NCBI GenBank assembly: GCA_977862235.1
Contig: OZ374561.1
Location: 1,178,001 to 1,242,000, forward strand
Length of the DNA stretch: 64,000 bases
Source: Dudresnaya verticillata
Lineage: Eukaryota
Direction: 5' to 3'
This document shows positions 50,459 through 62,688 of this stretch, piece by piece (the first letter of the stretch is position 1; each line of letters starts with the position of its first letter). The position numbers and the translations under genes were made by a program. The notes under the pieces are model-generated. The model had not been told where the DNA came from and made no database searches. It saw only the letters and a program-made list of their open reading frames with translations.

Positions 50459-53400
50459 TTACGAACTGTTTTGGCCCGGCGTAGCTCGGCGCTTCATGCG
50501 CGCGAAGAAGCGGGATACCAACGTGGCCGGCAGAAGAGCCTCGGGCTCCCAAGTTCGGCCATTATACCCATACCACTTGACCTGAAACCACCGCTGGCCA
50601 GTAGAATCCTCACGCATATCCGTGAGTTTGTGAATGACATATTCCTCGGCCGTCGCAGCAACTCCTTCTGGAAGGGTTCCCAAAGCGGCGCTGGCCATTG
50701 TCTCCGTAGCCATCGGTTGCCCTTGGGGCCTCGGCGCGGCTACTACTCTGTCCCAACTAACACGCTCCAGTTGGGCAGCCCTGTCTATGACGAACGTACG
50801 GCCATCATTGCCTATAATTTTGTATGGCCCCTGGGCATGATGCTCTAGTTTCTTTGGCTGCTTTTCTGGGTTGTCTAGGAAGACAAACCCCCCTGCGGCC
50901 AGCATCTTATTCCCCGTCCTGACCGAGCGGTCAAAGTCCTTCTTGTAGCGCGCCTGTGTGCGGGTTAAACTGACCGAAGCCTTGTCTACGGCCTCTGATA
51001 ATCGGCGTAAAAATGCCTCTTTCACCGTCCCAGTTGGTTTTGGCCGGTTTGACGTAGCTTCAGGTGAAAATGGGCTCGGGGCCGACTGAGAACCAAGTCA
51101 AACGGCGTGGTTCCAGTGGAGCGATGTATATGGCAATTATAAGCATACGTCAATGCCGCAGCGTACTCATCCCAGTCATTCTGATGTTCATTCACGTAGC
51201 TCCGCAGCATTGCGGCCAATGTTCGATTTTACCTTTCCACCTGGCCATTCGTTTGCGGATGATATGTCGTTGTGAAGATGTTGGCGACCTGTAATTGTCG
51301 GCAGACTGCTTGGAAGAACTTGGTCGCAAACTGTCCACCGTTATCGGTAAGAACTGTCTTTGGCGCGCCGTACTTGAAAATCCAGTGAACGCAAAACGCC
51401 GTGGCCACATTATGGGCGGTTATTTTCGTCAAAGGCACCACCTGAGTCAGCCTCGAGAAGCGGCATGTAATGACTAATATGTGCTCGAACCCCTTCTTAG
51501 TTCTGGGGAGTGGCCCAGGAAGATCCATGGCCACACTCTCTAATGGTTGACTGGCCGGAAAGAGCTGTAACTTCGACGTATGTCGGAGACGACGAATCCG
51601 GGTTTTGGCGCAATGGCCACAGTTTCGAACCGTTGCCAGGCAATCAGCGGCCATGTGCGGCCAATAGTATGTCCGTCGAAGAGTCCAATACATTCGATTC
51701 TGGCCAGGGTGACCTGCCAGGACGGCATGGTGACACAACCGAAGAATCCGGCCATATAACAAGGCCGGAAGCACTATTTGTTTCTGGCCATCGGTCGGAC
51801 ATCGTCTGTAGAGGACCCTATCGACTCCTTCGAAGAAGAGAGATTTCTTGGGCCGTCCCAGGCCAGCTCGCGTGGCGAGAATTGTCTGACAGAAGTCATC
51901 GCTTTTCTGGCCTTCTATTATTTCAGTCTGTTTCACTGGTGTTGGGAGAGTCTCTGCTGTCTTCCCTTCCATTTCTGCACGACTGAAGACATCCGCTCGG
52001 CCATAGTCCGTATACTCGGCCATTAAATGTTCCTCTTCCCATGCGTCGAATCCATCGTCTCGTTCTCTCCTGTCGGCCATATTAATTACTCGATTTCTCC
52101 TGGCCCGCGTGGTCGTGAGAATAGAGGGGTTACCGTCCAATACAGGTACAGTATCATCTATTGGCCGTGCATCTCCGCGCTCTGGCGGGGCCACCAAGCG
52201 GGACAAGGTATCGGGGACTTGGTTCTTGCGCCCCGGTTTATGCTCAGTCACAAAGTCGAACTCGGCCAAACGTAATCTCCATGTTGTAAGACGGCCAGAC
52301 GAATCAGTGAGCGACATCAACCAACAGAGGGCATCATGGTCCGTGCGTACTGTGAACTTCGTACCTTCAACATATGGCCGTAATGATGCAATGGCCCACA
52401 CCACAGAAAAACACTCGCGCTCAGTAGCCGAATAATTTTTCTCGGCCGACGTCAGGGAACGTGACCAATATCCCACGGGATGGTACGACTCGTCCTCTTG
52501 TTCTTGGAGCAGGACGCATCCAATCTGATATGCGCTGGCATCAGTTTCAATCACATATGGCCGTCCATATCGCGGTATGGCCAGAATAGGTGGCGAGACC
52601 AGAGCAGCCTTCAGTTTCTCGAAACTATGGCTTTGTTCCTCTGTTGGCCGTTCGAAGTCCGGCTCGGCGTCCTTGCACAACATGCGCGTAAGTGGCCGTG
52701 CGATCGTGGGGTATTTGGCCACAAACCTTCGGTAGACATTGCAAGCTCCCAAGAAGGACCGAAGTTCCGTAAGGGATCCTGGAAACTCGGTCTCTTGTAT
52801 TGCCTTGGTACCCTGCATGGCCATACGTAGTTTTCCGGGAGTCACTACATGACCCAGATAATCCACTTTGGCCTGAAAGAAGGAACACTTCTTCAACTTC
52901 AACGTAATGCCGGCCGCCTTCAACAAGGTTAGCACCTCGTCTAGATGGCCAAGATGGTCCTCCACACTTTTGGAGAACACGATGACATCGTCCAGATAGA
53001 TGAGGCATATATGCCATCGGACGCCAGAGAGAACTATGTCAAGCGCGCGCTGAAATGTGGCCGGTGCGTTCTTCAAGCCAAATGGCATTCGATTGTACCT
53101 GAATGTTCCCAGGTGAGAGGTGAAGGCCGTTTTATCCTTGTCCTCTTCGGCCACTGGGATTTGCCAATATCCGGAGTTGCAATCCAAGGTTGAAAACACG
53201 GCCGCATCCCCAAGGGAGTCTATACAATCATCCATGGGCGGGAGTGGATATGCGTCACCCATTGTCTTCGCATTGAGTCGGCGGTAGTCGACGCAGAAAC
53301 GAAGGGTGCCGTCCTTTTTCGGTACCAGCACAATTTGCGAGGCCCGTTCTCCGTGCGATGGCTCTATCACTCCGGCCTCCAACTGCTTCCTAATTTCGGC

Positions 53401-54540
53401 CTCTGCGATTGCGCGTAACGCTGGCCCCTGTCGGTAGGGCATCGCTCTTATTGGCCTGGTTCCATCTTCCAAGTCTATCCGATGTTCGGTGGCCATGATC
53501 GGTCCCAAGGAGCCGTCCCACATTGCACTGTGTTTCTCTATAATGGCCATTATCTTTTCGCGTTGTTTCTTGTCCGGGATATGATCAAGCTTGATCTTAT
53601 CCCGCCATTCTTCCGCCTCCTGTCTGGGTACCTTTGGTTCCGAAGGCTCACCTCTTTCTTGGCCAGATTCTTCTACTTCTACTTGACTACTATCCTGATC
53701 CACAAGTGGAGTAAGCCCAAATACACTGGCCATACTCTCCACATTCCGTCGGTGTGGCGTCAGGATTGCCATGGGGTGGCGGACAGCATAGCCGACCACG
53801 GTACCCTTTGGCAGTAAGACATCCTTTCTTCCCCAGTTGGCCAGCATTACCAGGAATGGTTTCTGCGGCCGAACTTCAGCAACTCCATTGGCCATCCGCG
53901 TATGGTGCCGGAAGATCAAAGAATGTTTGGGCTCCAACACGCATAATCCTCGGCCATCACTGCGAACAGACACGGTAGCCTGTTGACCTGCCCGTATGCT
54001 AAGACCTTTCGTCAAGCGTACAGTGGCTGCGTAGTGACGCGGGGTCTTGCGTTCCACACTGGGCGAATTGGAATTACCCGGAGGCGGGGCCCCCTCCGCA
54101 GCGGTTGGATCTGCCCCCAGAGCCATCGAGGTGCTGCCGGATAACAAAGGAAGGACGTCTCCGCGCACTAAGTGCACGGTCTGTCCACGGTACTGGATAC
54201 TATCCACGTGCGTGTTCAGAAATGCCGTACCCAACAAGACGGGTACGGCAAAGCGAAGGTCGGCGATAAGGAACGGCACTCGATATGAATGACGGCCTAA
54301 GCGCACGACCAAGCAAACGGCCCCTCGAAAATGAATTGGCCGTTGGTTGTCGCCCCCAGAAGAGGTGGGGACGTCAACGTAAGTGCGTTGTCCTTCCAAT
54401 TGGGAGGCAACGCATCCAACCGGATGATGTTCCACCCCAAGCATGTGTCTAATACAACTGGCCCGGGTAACAAGGCAGACATTGTGAGACTAAATGAGCC
54501 CGAAAGGGTATAGTTGGCCCCATCCAGGATGCAGACCATA
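50459..54540 (-). pseudogene. pol: Gypsy pol: protease, RT, RNase H, integrase, chromodomain (about three frameshifts)
   Basis: VVLDTC (degenerate DTG), LRFCVDYRRLN, MPFGLKNAPATFQ, YLDD, ETDAS, HHAVLAGHPG...CGHC, TDNG, YHPQTNGQVER, GPY, EEYVIHKL...FQVKWYGY...TWEP. Confidence 0.95.
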
Positions 54541-54996
54541 CCTTGTGATGAAACACTGGCCAGCTGGGAATCTTCTTTCTGTTCTTCGTTCAATGATTTG
54601 CGGCCACTCTTTGGAAAAGAACCCCCCTCCTTCGTGGTGGGGGTGGATGATGATGTAGTACGGCCAGACCTCCAGGGTGGTGACCACACCAGGCCGTTAG
54701 ATGAAAATGGGCAGTGGTAGGTCAAATCATAGGTTGACAAACCTTGATTGGCGTTGCCAAACGCCATGAAATGGCTAACAAGGAACAAAAATGGAGATGA
54801 CTAAAAGGAAACAACTTAACTGAAACGAGACTAGCCGGTTTTGGGACGTGGACGGGCAACGGGACGACGACCGAAGATCTCGGCCCGGCTAGTTTCCCGA
54901 TGCTAACGAAGAATTATCGGACTCCACATCGGCCACCACCTCATCCATTGGATGTTCTTGCGTAGCGACTAACGTGGCCTGCCGATTCCCACGGTT

Positions 54997-57225
54997 TTAA
55001 GATGATTGTTGCGGCCGTCGGAGTATTCCCTGAGGGGGAGGGCGTCCCCTTCCATCCCCAAAGAAGACATTCCGTTGTTCGGGGCGGTAGCCTCGACCTC
55101 GGCCGGCACACTGTTCGGGGTGCCATCTAGCGTACTCATCTCCGAAGCGGAAGTTCCGTATGGCAAACAAGTTCCTGATGGCCGTTGGTAAGTACGCACA
55201 AGTGTACAAATCATGGCCCCATTCGCGACAACCCCAACAACGGGCACTGGTTTTGTCACTGCGTAGCATAACAGCGACTTTGGCCAGCTCATCCGGCGTT
55301 AACGTCGGAGGTTTTCGGAGCGGGTCTGGGGTATTACCCCCGGACACCGACCCTGCTGGTGATGGTGTGGTCGGCGTCATTGTCGGTGTTTGCTGAGCAC
55401 CATTCTGGCCAGGGGTAATGGCCATAACCGGTATGGTGTCAAACGGATCATCATAGTTGGCCGCTATATCCTCGGGCCCCGCCTGCCAAGCAGGTTCGGC
55501 CGCAAGGGTAGGGATGACCAACGCGCTTCGAGAACTGGCCGACCTTGTTTTGGGACGTGCAGAAGCCAAGTAGGATCTGTGTGTCTCCCCCTCGGCGATG
55601 GCGATACGGCGCATCGTCGAGAAGTCCTTCTCCTCCGCCCGCATCTGCACAAGCTTCTCAGCTACAGCCGAACGAGTGGTCGAAGGTAAACCCCTCACAT
55701 AATGGTTGATCAGGGTATTTTCAGAGAAGACATCGGCGCACGACAGCGCCGCGTCACCTAACCGGTCATCGAATTCCGTTTCTGTCTCGGTATCTTTCTG
55801 TTTGCTTCTGGCCACTTTGTCGAACGCGACGGCCAGAACATCTTCGGTGCAGTAGCGCTTGATGAAAGCATGGACTAAGTGTGGCCAGCTGATTTGTAAA
55901 AATCCACTCATCGGAAAGATGGAGTGTACTGACCTTATACCACGGGACATCCGGCCAGAATAGAACCTCTTCGTATCACCGGCCGTAAAGAAGGCCAGAA
56001 GACGCAAAGCGGCCCCTTTATGGACGTTCATCCCATCACAGGCATCCTTGAACTCCTTGAGGAAGGACAGGAGCTCTATCGGACGTCGGCCATCAAATGG
56101 GTTCATCTGCGGGAACAAGCTCCGGCTTTGGCGAGTCATCCGGGACAAGCGCCGCGCATCCTCCATAGTCATCGTTGGCCGAGTATCCAGAAGGCGGTGG
56201 GTCCGGTAATCCACCACCCGCCGGAAGGGTTCCTGGAGGGCCTTGAGAGGCTCTAGACCTGGCTCCGTTGGCCCCATCATCGCGACAGGAAGACCTGTTT
56301 CATCCAACTGGCCAGTGTATCCCATGGAAGGTTCCCCTGCATCAACGGGCCCCGAAGGTCCAACTAACGCAGGCCGTGGGGCGGCGCCACTGTTCTGAGG
56401 GTTACCCTCTTGCGGTGGTACCCCTTCTCCAGGAATATTTGGCCGGGCCTTATCAGGATGCGACAAGGCCGTTATCTCATCTTGCAACTTGTCCAGTTTC
56501 TTCTGCACTGCTGCTACCGGTTCACCAACCTGTGGTGCCAAGACTGGTTGATTGGCCGGTGTCATCCGAGCGAACTCGGACCTTGTCTGGCTAGGGAGAG
56601 CAGGGAGTTTTACCTTCCCGTCGGAAGAGAAAACTGCCGTCTCAACCTTTTCCAGACGCTCATCATAACGTTCCGCTATGGCCGTAAGTGCACTGTCTAG
56701 AATGACGGAGTGCATCTCCTGGCGAAGCTGTTGGTCTCTAATTAGAGCCGTGGTGGACATCTTGACTTGCATCTCGCCAAACTGGTTCTTCACCTCTTGT
56801 TGCCACTCGGCCGTACGTCGCTTATACTGGTAGAACGCTTGCCGACCCAACCAGACGTCGTGTTCTGGCTGAGAATCATCATCAACCGGGGGTGGACGAG
56901 GATTAGCAGGAGCGGCCAGTGGAGTCATCGGCGGCGCTGTGGCCACCGGTGGCGTGCGAAACGGCGAAAACGGAGGGGCAGCCCGCGGCGGTACCTCATG
57001 ACGGACGGCACCTGCCATGGGAGAAGACCCTGCTCGTCCAACTGTCGAAGGAATGATCCGGCCAGTCGATAACGGGACCGGAGGGGCTGGTGGTGGCCCC
57101 GATAACGGTGGATATAGGCCAGGAGCAGGTGGTGGGCCTATAGGAGCGCCCAAAGTAGAAGGAGGCGGAGCTGAGCCTTGTAAGGGCTGCGGTTGTCCGC
57201 CTGCCGGTGAAGAACAAGAAGACAT
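54997..57225 (-). CDS. gag: Gypsy Gag (742 aa) with Pro-rich N-terminus and zinc knuckle
   Basis: FDGRRPIELLSFL, HYVRGLP, CWGCREWGHDLYTC; lies downstream of the PBS. Confidence 0.9.
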   Translation of the reverse strand: MSSCSSPAGGQPQPLQGSAPPPSTLGAPIGPPPAPGLYPPLSGPPPAPPVPLSTGRIIPSTVGRAGSSPMAGAVRHEVPPRAAPPFSPFRTPPVATAPPMTPLAAPANPRPPPVDDDSQPEHDVWLGRQAFYQYKRRTAEWQQEVKNQFGEMQVKMSTTALIRDQQLRQEMHSVILDSALTAIAERYDERLEKVETAVFSSDGKVKLPALPSQTRSEFARMTPANQPVLAPQVGEPVAAVQKKLDKLQDEITALSHPDKARPNIPGEGVPPQEGNPQNSGAAPRPALVGPSGPVDAGEPSMGYTGQLDETGLPVAMMGPTEPGLEPLKALQEPFRRVVDYRTHRLLDTRPTMTMEDARRLSRMTRQSRSLFPQMNPFDGRRPIELLSFLKEFKDACDGMNVHKGAALRLLAFFTAGDTKRFYSGRMSRGIRSVHSIFPMSGFLQISWPHLVHAFIKRYCTEDVLAVAFDKVARSKQKDTETETEFDDRLGDAALSCADVFSENTLINHYVRGLPSTTRSAVAEKLVQMRAEEKDFSTMRRIAIAEGETHRSYLASARPKTRSASSRSALVIPTLAAEPAWQAGPEDIAANYDDPFDTIPVMAITPGQNGAQQTPTMTPTTPSPAGSVSGGNTPDPLRKPPTLTPDELAKVAVMLRSDKTSARCWGCREWGHDLYTCAYLPTAIRNLFAIRNFRFGDEYARWHPEQCAGRGRGYRPEQRNVFFGDGRGRPPPQGILRRPQQSS

Positions 57226-57683
57226 GACGAAGTACGTCGGGGACTGATTGGTCAGATACTTCTAGCGATTCGTGGGCACCCCGTGGCCGACGTGTGCAAA
57301 GTGGCCTTCCTGGGAACTACACTGTCATGTGCAAAACACAGGGGTGGGAACGGACGATTCCGAGCTACTAGTCCCTATACCAAGGGCCGGACACTGCCGT
57401 GTGCAAAGCTCCCTGTGCTGGGAACGAACCAGCGAGTGTGCAAAGTGGCCAACCTAGGAACGAACCAAGCGACGGATATCTGGCCTGTGACCTAGACTGT
57501 GGCCACAGAACCGGGTTGAGGTAGACTGACAATCAGATTGCGAAACCGGGTAGTTAATAACCCGCAATCTGCAACTTGCGGGGTTTGGCCACCACAGTAG
57601 CGAGGAAGACACTGGCCGTCGTCGACTACGGCCAGCTACTCGAGTCTTCTAACGGAGAAATACGGCCGAAATCACAACTGATC

Positions 57684-57701
57684 TTCTAGGTCGGGAGACC
57701 A
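57684..57701 (-). promoter_or_regulatory. Primer-binding site TGGTCTCCCGACCTAGAA
   Basis: 1 nt after the 5' LTR end. Confidence 0.88.
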
Positions 57702-57702
57702 G

Positions 57703-58491
57703 TGTAGTATGTAGTATCTCTAAGGCACCACCGCGTACGGCAGCCAAACTAGACCCCAAGAAGACCCAAAAGACCTGTCGGATTTCGTAGAAACTGGCCA
57801 AACGTAGAACGGACCTGCGCGCCGGTAGCAAGCGTGGTAGAGCGGGAGCGCGCAGACGAAGTCGTGACCAAAATCTGCGATGAGGACAAAAAATGGCCAA
57901 GTAGGGGATTCAGTTGCTAATTTTACTCCCAACCTCTGACGGAACGGCTTCGTGCCTGTGTTGGCTGAGCCGAGGTGTGTGACCGTCTAAGTAGACCCAA
58001 AATCGGCCATCTGAGCTATCCTAAGGCTATTCTACAGTTAGTGGCCGAGGTTACTCACCATGGCCCAAAATATCTTCTCGAATCCTGGCTTCGGGCCGAT
58101 ATTAGAGCCCTACCGAATTAAATCGAGTACTTGTCAGTTGATCAGTGGTTGTAGCAGTTAGATTTCCCTTGATATTTTCGTGCTTGCTTCCTTGATATGG
58201 TATCGCGGCCAAATCCTTTTCCGTAATCCGATCCCGTTTCGATCCCGATAGGCCTATCCAGATTATCTCGGTCGTCCAGATATGATCATTTTTCTTTGCG
58301 CTGGCCACGTGGTTGACACGTGCACGCGTATGATCCACGTGTCATGTGTGTGGCTCCCTGCCGGTGCCCATCGCCGTCCGCGTGGCCGTACAGTAGTGAC
58401 TTCGGCCAAGTGTCTCCTATGAGTTGGCCAATTCGGGTGCGTGGCCCGGTCGACAGGCGTGTATTCGGAGGCCCCTTGCCGTTGCACCACA
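57703..58491 (-). repeat. 5' LTR of family A element
   Basis: Starts TGTGGTGCAACGG; terminal 7-mer duplicated (TGTAGTA twice on the plus strand). Confidence 0.9.
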
Positions 58492-59780
58492 GGATTGTTG
58501 TGGAGAGAGGAAAGCATGGAGGTTTGATCGACAAGCGGAATGAGAAAGAGAAGGAAGACCTTGCGGAAGAAGACGCCCAGCCAGTTCAACCGAAACCGTA
58601 AAAGTAAATCATAGCCCAAATCAGGCAATACAAAGGCGTGTCCGGATCAATAACAAAGCCCACTGAAATGATGGTATAGAAGAAGAGGAGGGCTCGGCAG
58701 TTGAGAAATGAATTATCCGCAGAAGCATAAAGCTAAAGAAGGATGAATGGTTCCTGCTTACCTTAGGTCCATTTGGGTCGTTTCTGGCAGGACCATTATT
58801 ACCATTAATGTCTGTACCCTTCATTCAAGTGCTCTTGGTAATGCTTACAAACAAAACTGATGATGCACTTCGAAACTCGCTCGTTGGCTTTGTGATCCTT
58901 ACCGTTTTGGCGTTCTTCGGAAATGCTCTTCGAAACGGTGCGTTGGGTGTTGCAGGTGAGCACTTGACAAAGAAGCTGCGCCAGATGGAATTCAGGAGCC
59001 TCCTCTGACCGGAAAGTGGTTTCTTGATAGGGAAGAAAACTCAATCGCGAGTTGGCTCCGCGGAGCAATGAAAGGACCATTTTCCGCAGAATACCGGGCT
59101 GTGAATGGCATAACGGGTGATTTGTTTGGCATTATGTTGAGTGTGGTGGGTGCCATTGCAACCAGTACAATCGTCGGCTTCGTCAGTTGTTGGAGGCGTT
59201 CCCTTGAAATGCTTGAAATTATACTTCGTGTGGGACTACGAGATAGTTTGAGATGCAAGCCGTTTCGGGAATAGAGTCTGGGTCTCGTATGGGGTTTGCC
59301 GAAGCAAACGAAATTGCCACTGAGGCAGTTGACAACGTCACAATGATACGGTACTTGTCTATTGAGAGGCAATTCGTGCGGCAGTATCAGGTCAAGTTTA
59401 GGGCCACAGTTGCGGCTAATCCAAAGAGGATTTCGTTGACTGGAGTGGCATATGGGTTTTCGGCGTTCCATCAGTTCATAATCTGGTATCCGACTTACAA
59501 AGCCGGAGATAACTTTGTTGCGCAGGAACACTACACTTCGCCAGATATGTTCCGCAAAACTCTCACTCTGATGTTCGCAGCCTTTACTTTACGCAATACT
59601 GTATGGCGGTGTTTGCGCCAGATCTTGGAGCGTGCAGGGTTGGTGCGACTCATGCTTATCGGCTAGTAGACAGTAGATAGATTGACCCAACAAGCTCTGA
59701 GAGTGAGATGCTAAACGAAGCTGAGGGGGAGTGTCAGCTGAGAAGGTTCGGCTTGAATACTCGCGATGACCAGACCTTCA
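58492..59780 (+). pseudogene. ABCB/MDR-type ABC transporter fragment (end of NBD1, linker, TMD2)
   Basis: IVVERGKHGGLIDK (NBD end), EWFLLTLGPFGSFLAG, GVAGEHLTKKLRQMEFRSLL, EANEIATEAVDNVTMIR, GVAYGFS; several stops and frameshifts. Confidence 0.85.
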
Positions 59781-61007
59781 TCTATACAAGCAGGGAGTGA
59801 CGATGATGGAGACGGGGCTGGCTATGGACAACCATAGTTAGAGGAGTGTAGGAAGTGCTGTCGCTACGTCAGGGTAAATCGCTGCCCTTAGGGCCCCTGA
59901 AGAAGGCACAATACAAAGGCGCTGGAACAATTCCGATCATGGCATCAGATAGTCATTGCACAACGGGAAAGGTTCAACAGATTGATAAGCCATTTTCACT
60001 GCGATGAATCTAAACTCGCTTCTTGCATACCAGCACCATTTCGTCTGCTGTGTGCTCGATGCTGAAGAATATTTACATCCTTTACGGGCGCAACAACAGG
60101 CTCCACGAGTGGGCATGAACGTAGTGCAGCATCAATAAACCAGACTTACTTAATCTGGAGCGTGCTCCAATAGCAGCCCTACCGCAACGCCCACATCATC
60201 AACAAGTTTGATTCCAAATCTTCCACCGTCAGAATTCACACTAGAACTGAACAGAGGTAGCATAAAGGCAGGAGGAAAGTACATAGACAGCACCACTTGG
60301 TTATAAATTTCCTCTTGGAGGCAATGCGAACGGCCTTAGAAGACGAACCCCGCGGCCTTCCTGCTACTTTGATACTACCCTTCGGAAATACCGACGCAGA
60401 TTCTCGGCAAGGCGTAGACTTCGCCGAACCGTGTCCAACTTTTCCCCCCGCAATAGCAATCAGTATCCCACGGTAGATTTCCTTCATGCGTCGTCCCTTC
60501 AAAATTGTGCCATACTGATTTCGCTGCCAGCTCCAGTCTCGGTCCCCTGCATCTGCATGGGCTTCACCATCAAAGCTGCAAGCCGACAGGCTTGACCCCC
60601 GCTCCTTCCCCGCGCAGGACGAGAGTACTTCGGGAGAATAATGAACGCAGTAGAGCGGAAGCGAGGCCGGTAAAAATTAAATTTCAGTGCTACAGTACTT
60701 TGAACGTTGCAGTGTGACCTACCTGTATTGAACTAACGAGTTGTTCTGCATGTTGCGGCAGCGTATGCTGTGCGTCTGCAGCGTATACTGCGCGGCGAGG
60801 GGCCCATGGAAGTAGCCGAGGTTACCTAAAATTCCGAATTAAAAATCTCAGAAATTGCAGCAAAATTAATTATTTCAGACCCGCTGCCGGGCTAGCACGC
60901 CAACCAACATAACTCGCAAACTACTGCTTAGTTCTCTACTCTGTTTGCGCCAGCGTGCTCAGGGCACGCTCCCCTTTTCAACGAAAGTACTTCGGAAGGG
61001 TTCTATT

Positions 61008-62464
61008 TCAGTCTGTTTTTGAAAGTACATTCTGAAACGCGGGAAACCTGTGTTCTCTGCGCCCACATCCGCTCCCACCTCCGCGTCCAAAGCCGCGTCC
61101 AAATCCGCGCCCGCCGCCACGACCACCACGTCCAACACCCAAGTCCGCGTTGTCTCTGTGCATCTTGCTTGGGCCTGGAAGCCCCAAATACTCCATGGCC
61201 TGATCATACGTCAGCCGCGCAATGGCCTTGTGCGTCTGCCCTGCATTAACAAACGCGATTGCCTTCTCACGCTGCAATCGGGAAGCTCGGATCTGCTTGT
61301 GAAGCTCTTCTTGTTTCTCACTTCCATGCACTTTCGTGCCCAGTGCAGAAAGCGAACATGACGGCGGCAGTCCAGTGCCTCCAGTCGATACTGCTGGTCA
61401 ACCCAGCTGAACTTCCATCTGAGGGACTCCGTGTTCAGGAAGTGCTCCTGATAGTCCATCCACCACCGCCGAAACCCATTCATAGAAAGGTTATTCATAG
61501 CATCGATGATGTCTTTGGCCGGCTCGTGATTACTCTTACTATCCCCGAGAAGGGGGTAAGAAGCTATGATGGCCATGATCTGATCACAAAACCAGTCCTT
61601 CTGCAACTGGGACGTGTCTTTTAGAGCACCTCTCTCTCGGCGAAGGGCAACCTCTCGTTCATGATGGGACAGATTTCGCAAACGCCCATCATCACCTTGC
61701 AGTTTCTGTATGCGGCCCGCTGCCACACCCAACATACTACGGAAGGGGAACGACTCGTAGTCAACCACAGCAGCGGCGTTCTTGTTAGCCATCGACTGGT
61801 GAGCATTGTTTCCAAAGAGCTGAGCACCTGCCTCGTTCGGATCCCCAATCCGTAAAGATGCTGCTGCTGGCATTGGGGATACCGCAGCTGCAGCAGGCGA
61901 GGCAGCAGCGCCCGCGGCGCCAGCAACGGCGCCAGCAGCGCCAGAGCCTGCACCCAAGCGTGCAAAAATCGCCGAGAAATCGGCATTGTTCACTAGCGTA
62001 TGGGTTCCGCTCGTGATTCCTTGCAATGGCATCGGTAGCGATGATCCCATGCTGACTTGCGGGAGGATGACACCTTGTAAGCCTGCACCTGCAAACCCTG
62101 GAGCTTTCATAGAACCAAGTCCGAGATAAGGAACGTTCTGCTGATGTGCGAACTGCGGAATGTTCTGCTGCTGCTGCGTGAACTGGGGAATGTTACCGTT
62201 GACTTGATAGTGTGCAGTAGAGGGCCCTTGAACTTGCATACCTGGAACGTTCCCTGCGCTTGTTTGCATCGGAATGCCTTGCATCTGCGGAACGTGGACA
62301 GCAGCGGTAGCGCGCAGCGGAAAAGCACTGCCAAGCGGAATCTGGGCACCGTATTGTGCCCCTTGAGCAACGGAAGCTGGAACATACTGTGGTATGCCCT
62401 GAGGGTTAAGCGGTATGCCGGAGCCGGCATTGTGGTTGTGATTGAAAGGAAAGTTAGGTTGCAT
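61008..62464 (-). CDS. Unknown protein: Q/G/P-rich prion-like N-terminus, helical core, RGG tail; frameshift near 61330
   Basis: ORF 61211-62464 overlaps 61008-61331, which carries GRGGRGGGRGFGRGFGRGGG. Confidence 0.55.
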
Positions 62465-62688
62465 GGTGGCGAAGGGAGGAAAAGGGTGATCGATGGGTCA
62501 GCGGGTCAGCGCGTTGACGGGGTGTGCACGCTCGGTGAGAGCGGTGGGCGGGTGGATGGAGGGCGCGCGATGGGAACCCAAGTGAGCGCGATGACGGGGT
62601 GTGCGCGCTCGGGCGCGCTCGGTGAGAGTGGTGGCCAGGCTGATGGAGCGATGTGGCACAAGGGGCGGGTGGGTGCGCGGCGGGTGAG

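Larger units (their letters stand above)
45173..58491 (-). mobile_element. Near full-length Ty3/gypsy chromovirus (family A), 13.3 kb, with an extra antisense ORF
   Basis: 5' LTR 57703-58491, PBS 57684-57701, gag, PR-RT-RH-IN-chromodomain, PPT-like GCGAAGGGGGCTC, 3' LTR 45173-45935. Confidence 0.95.
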
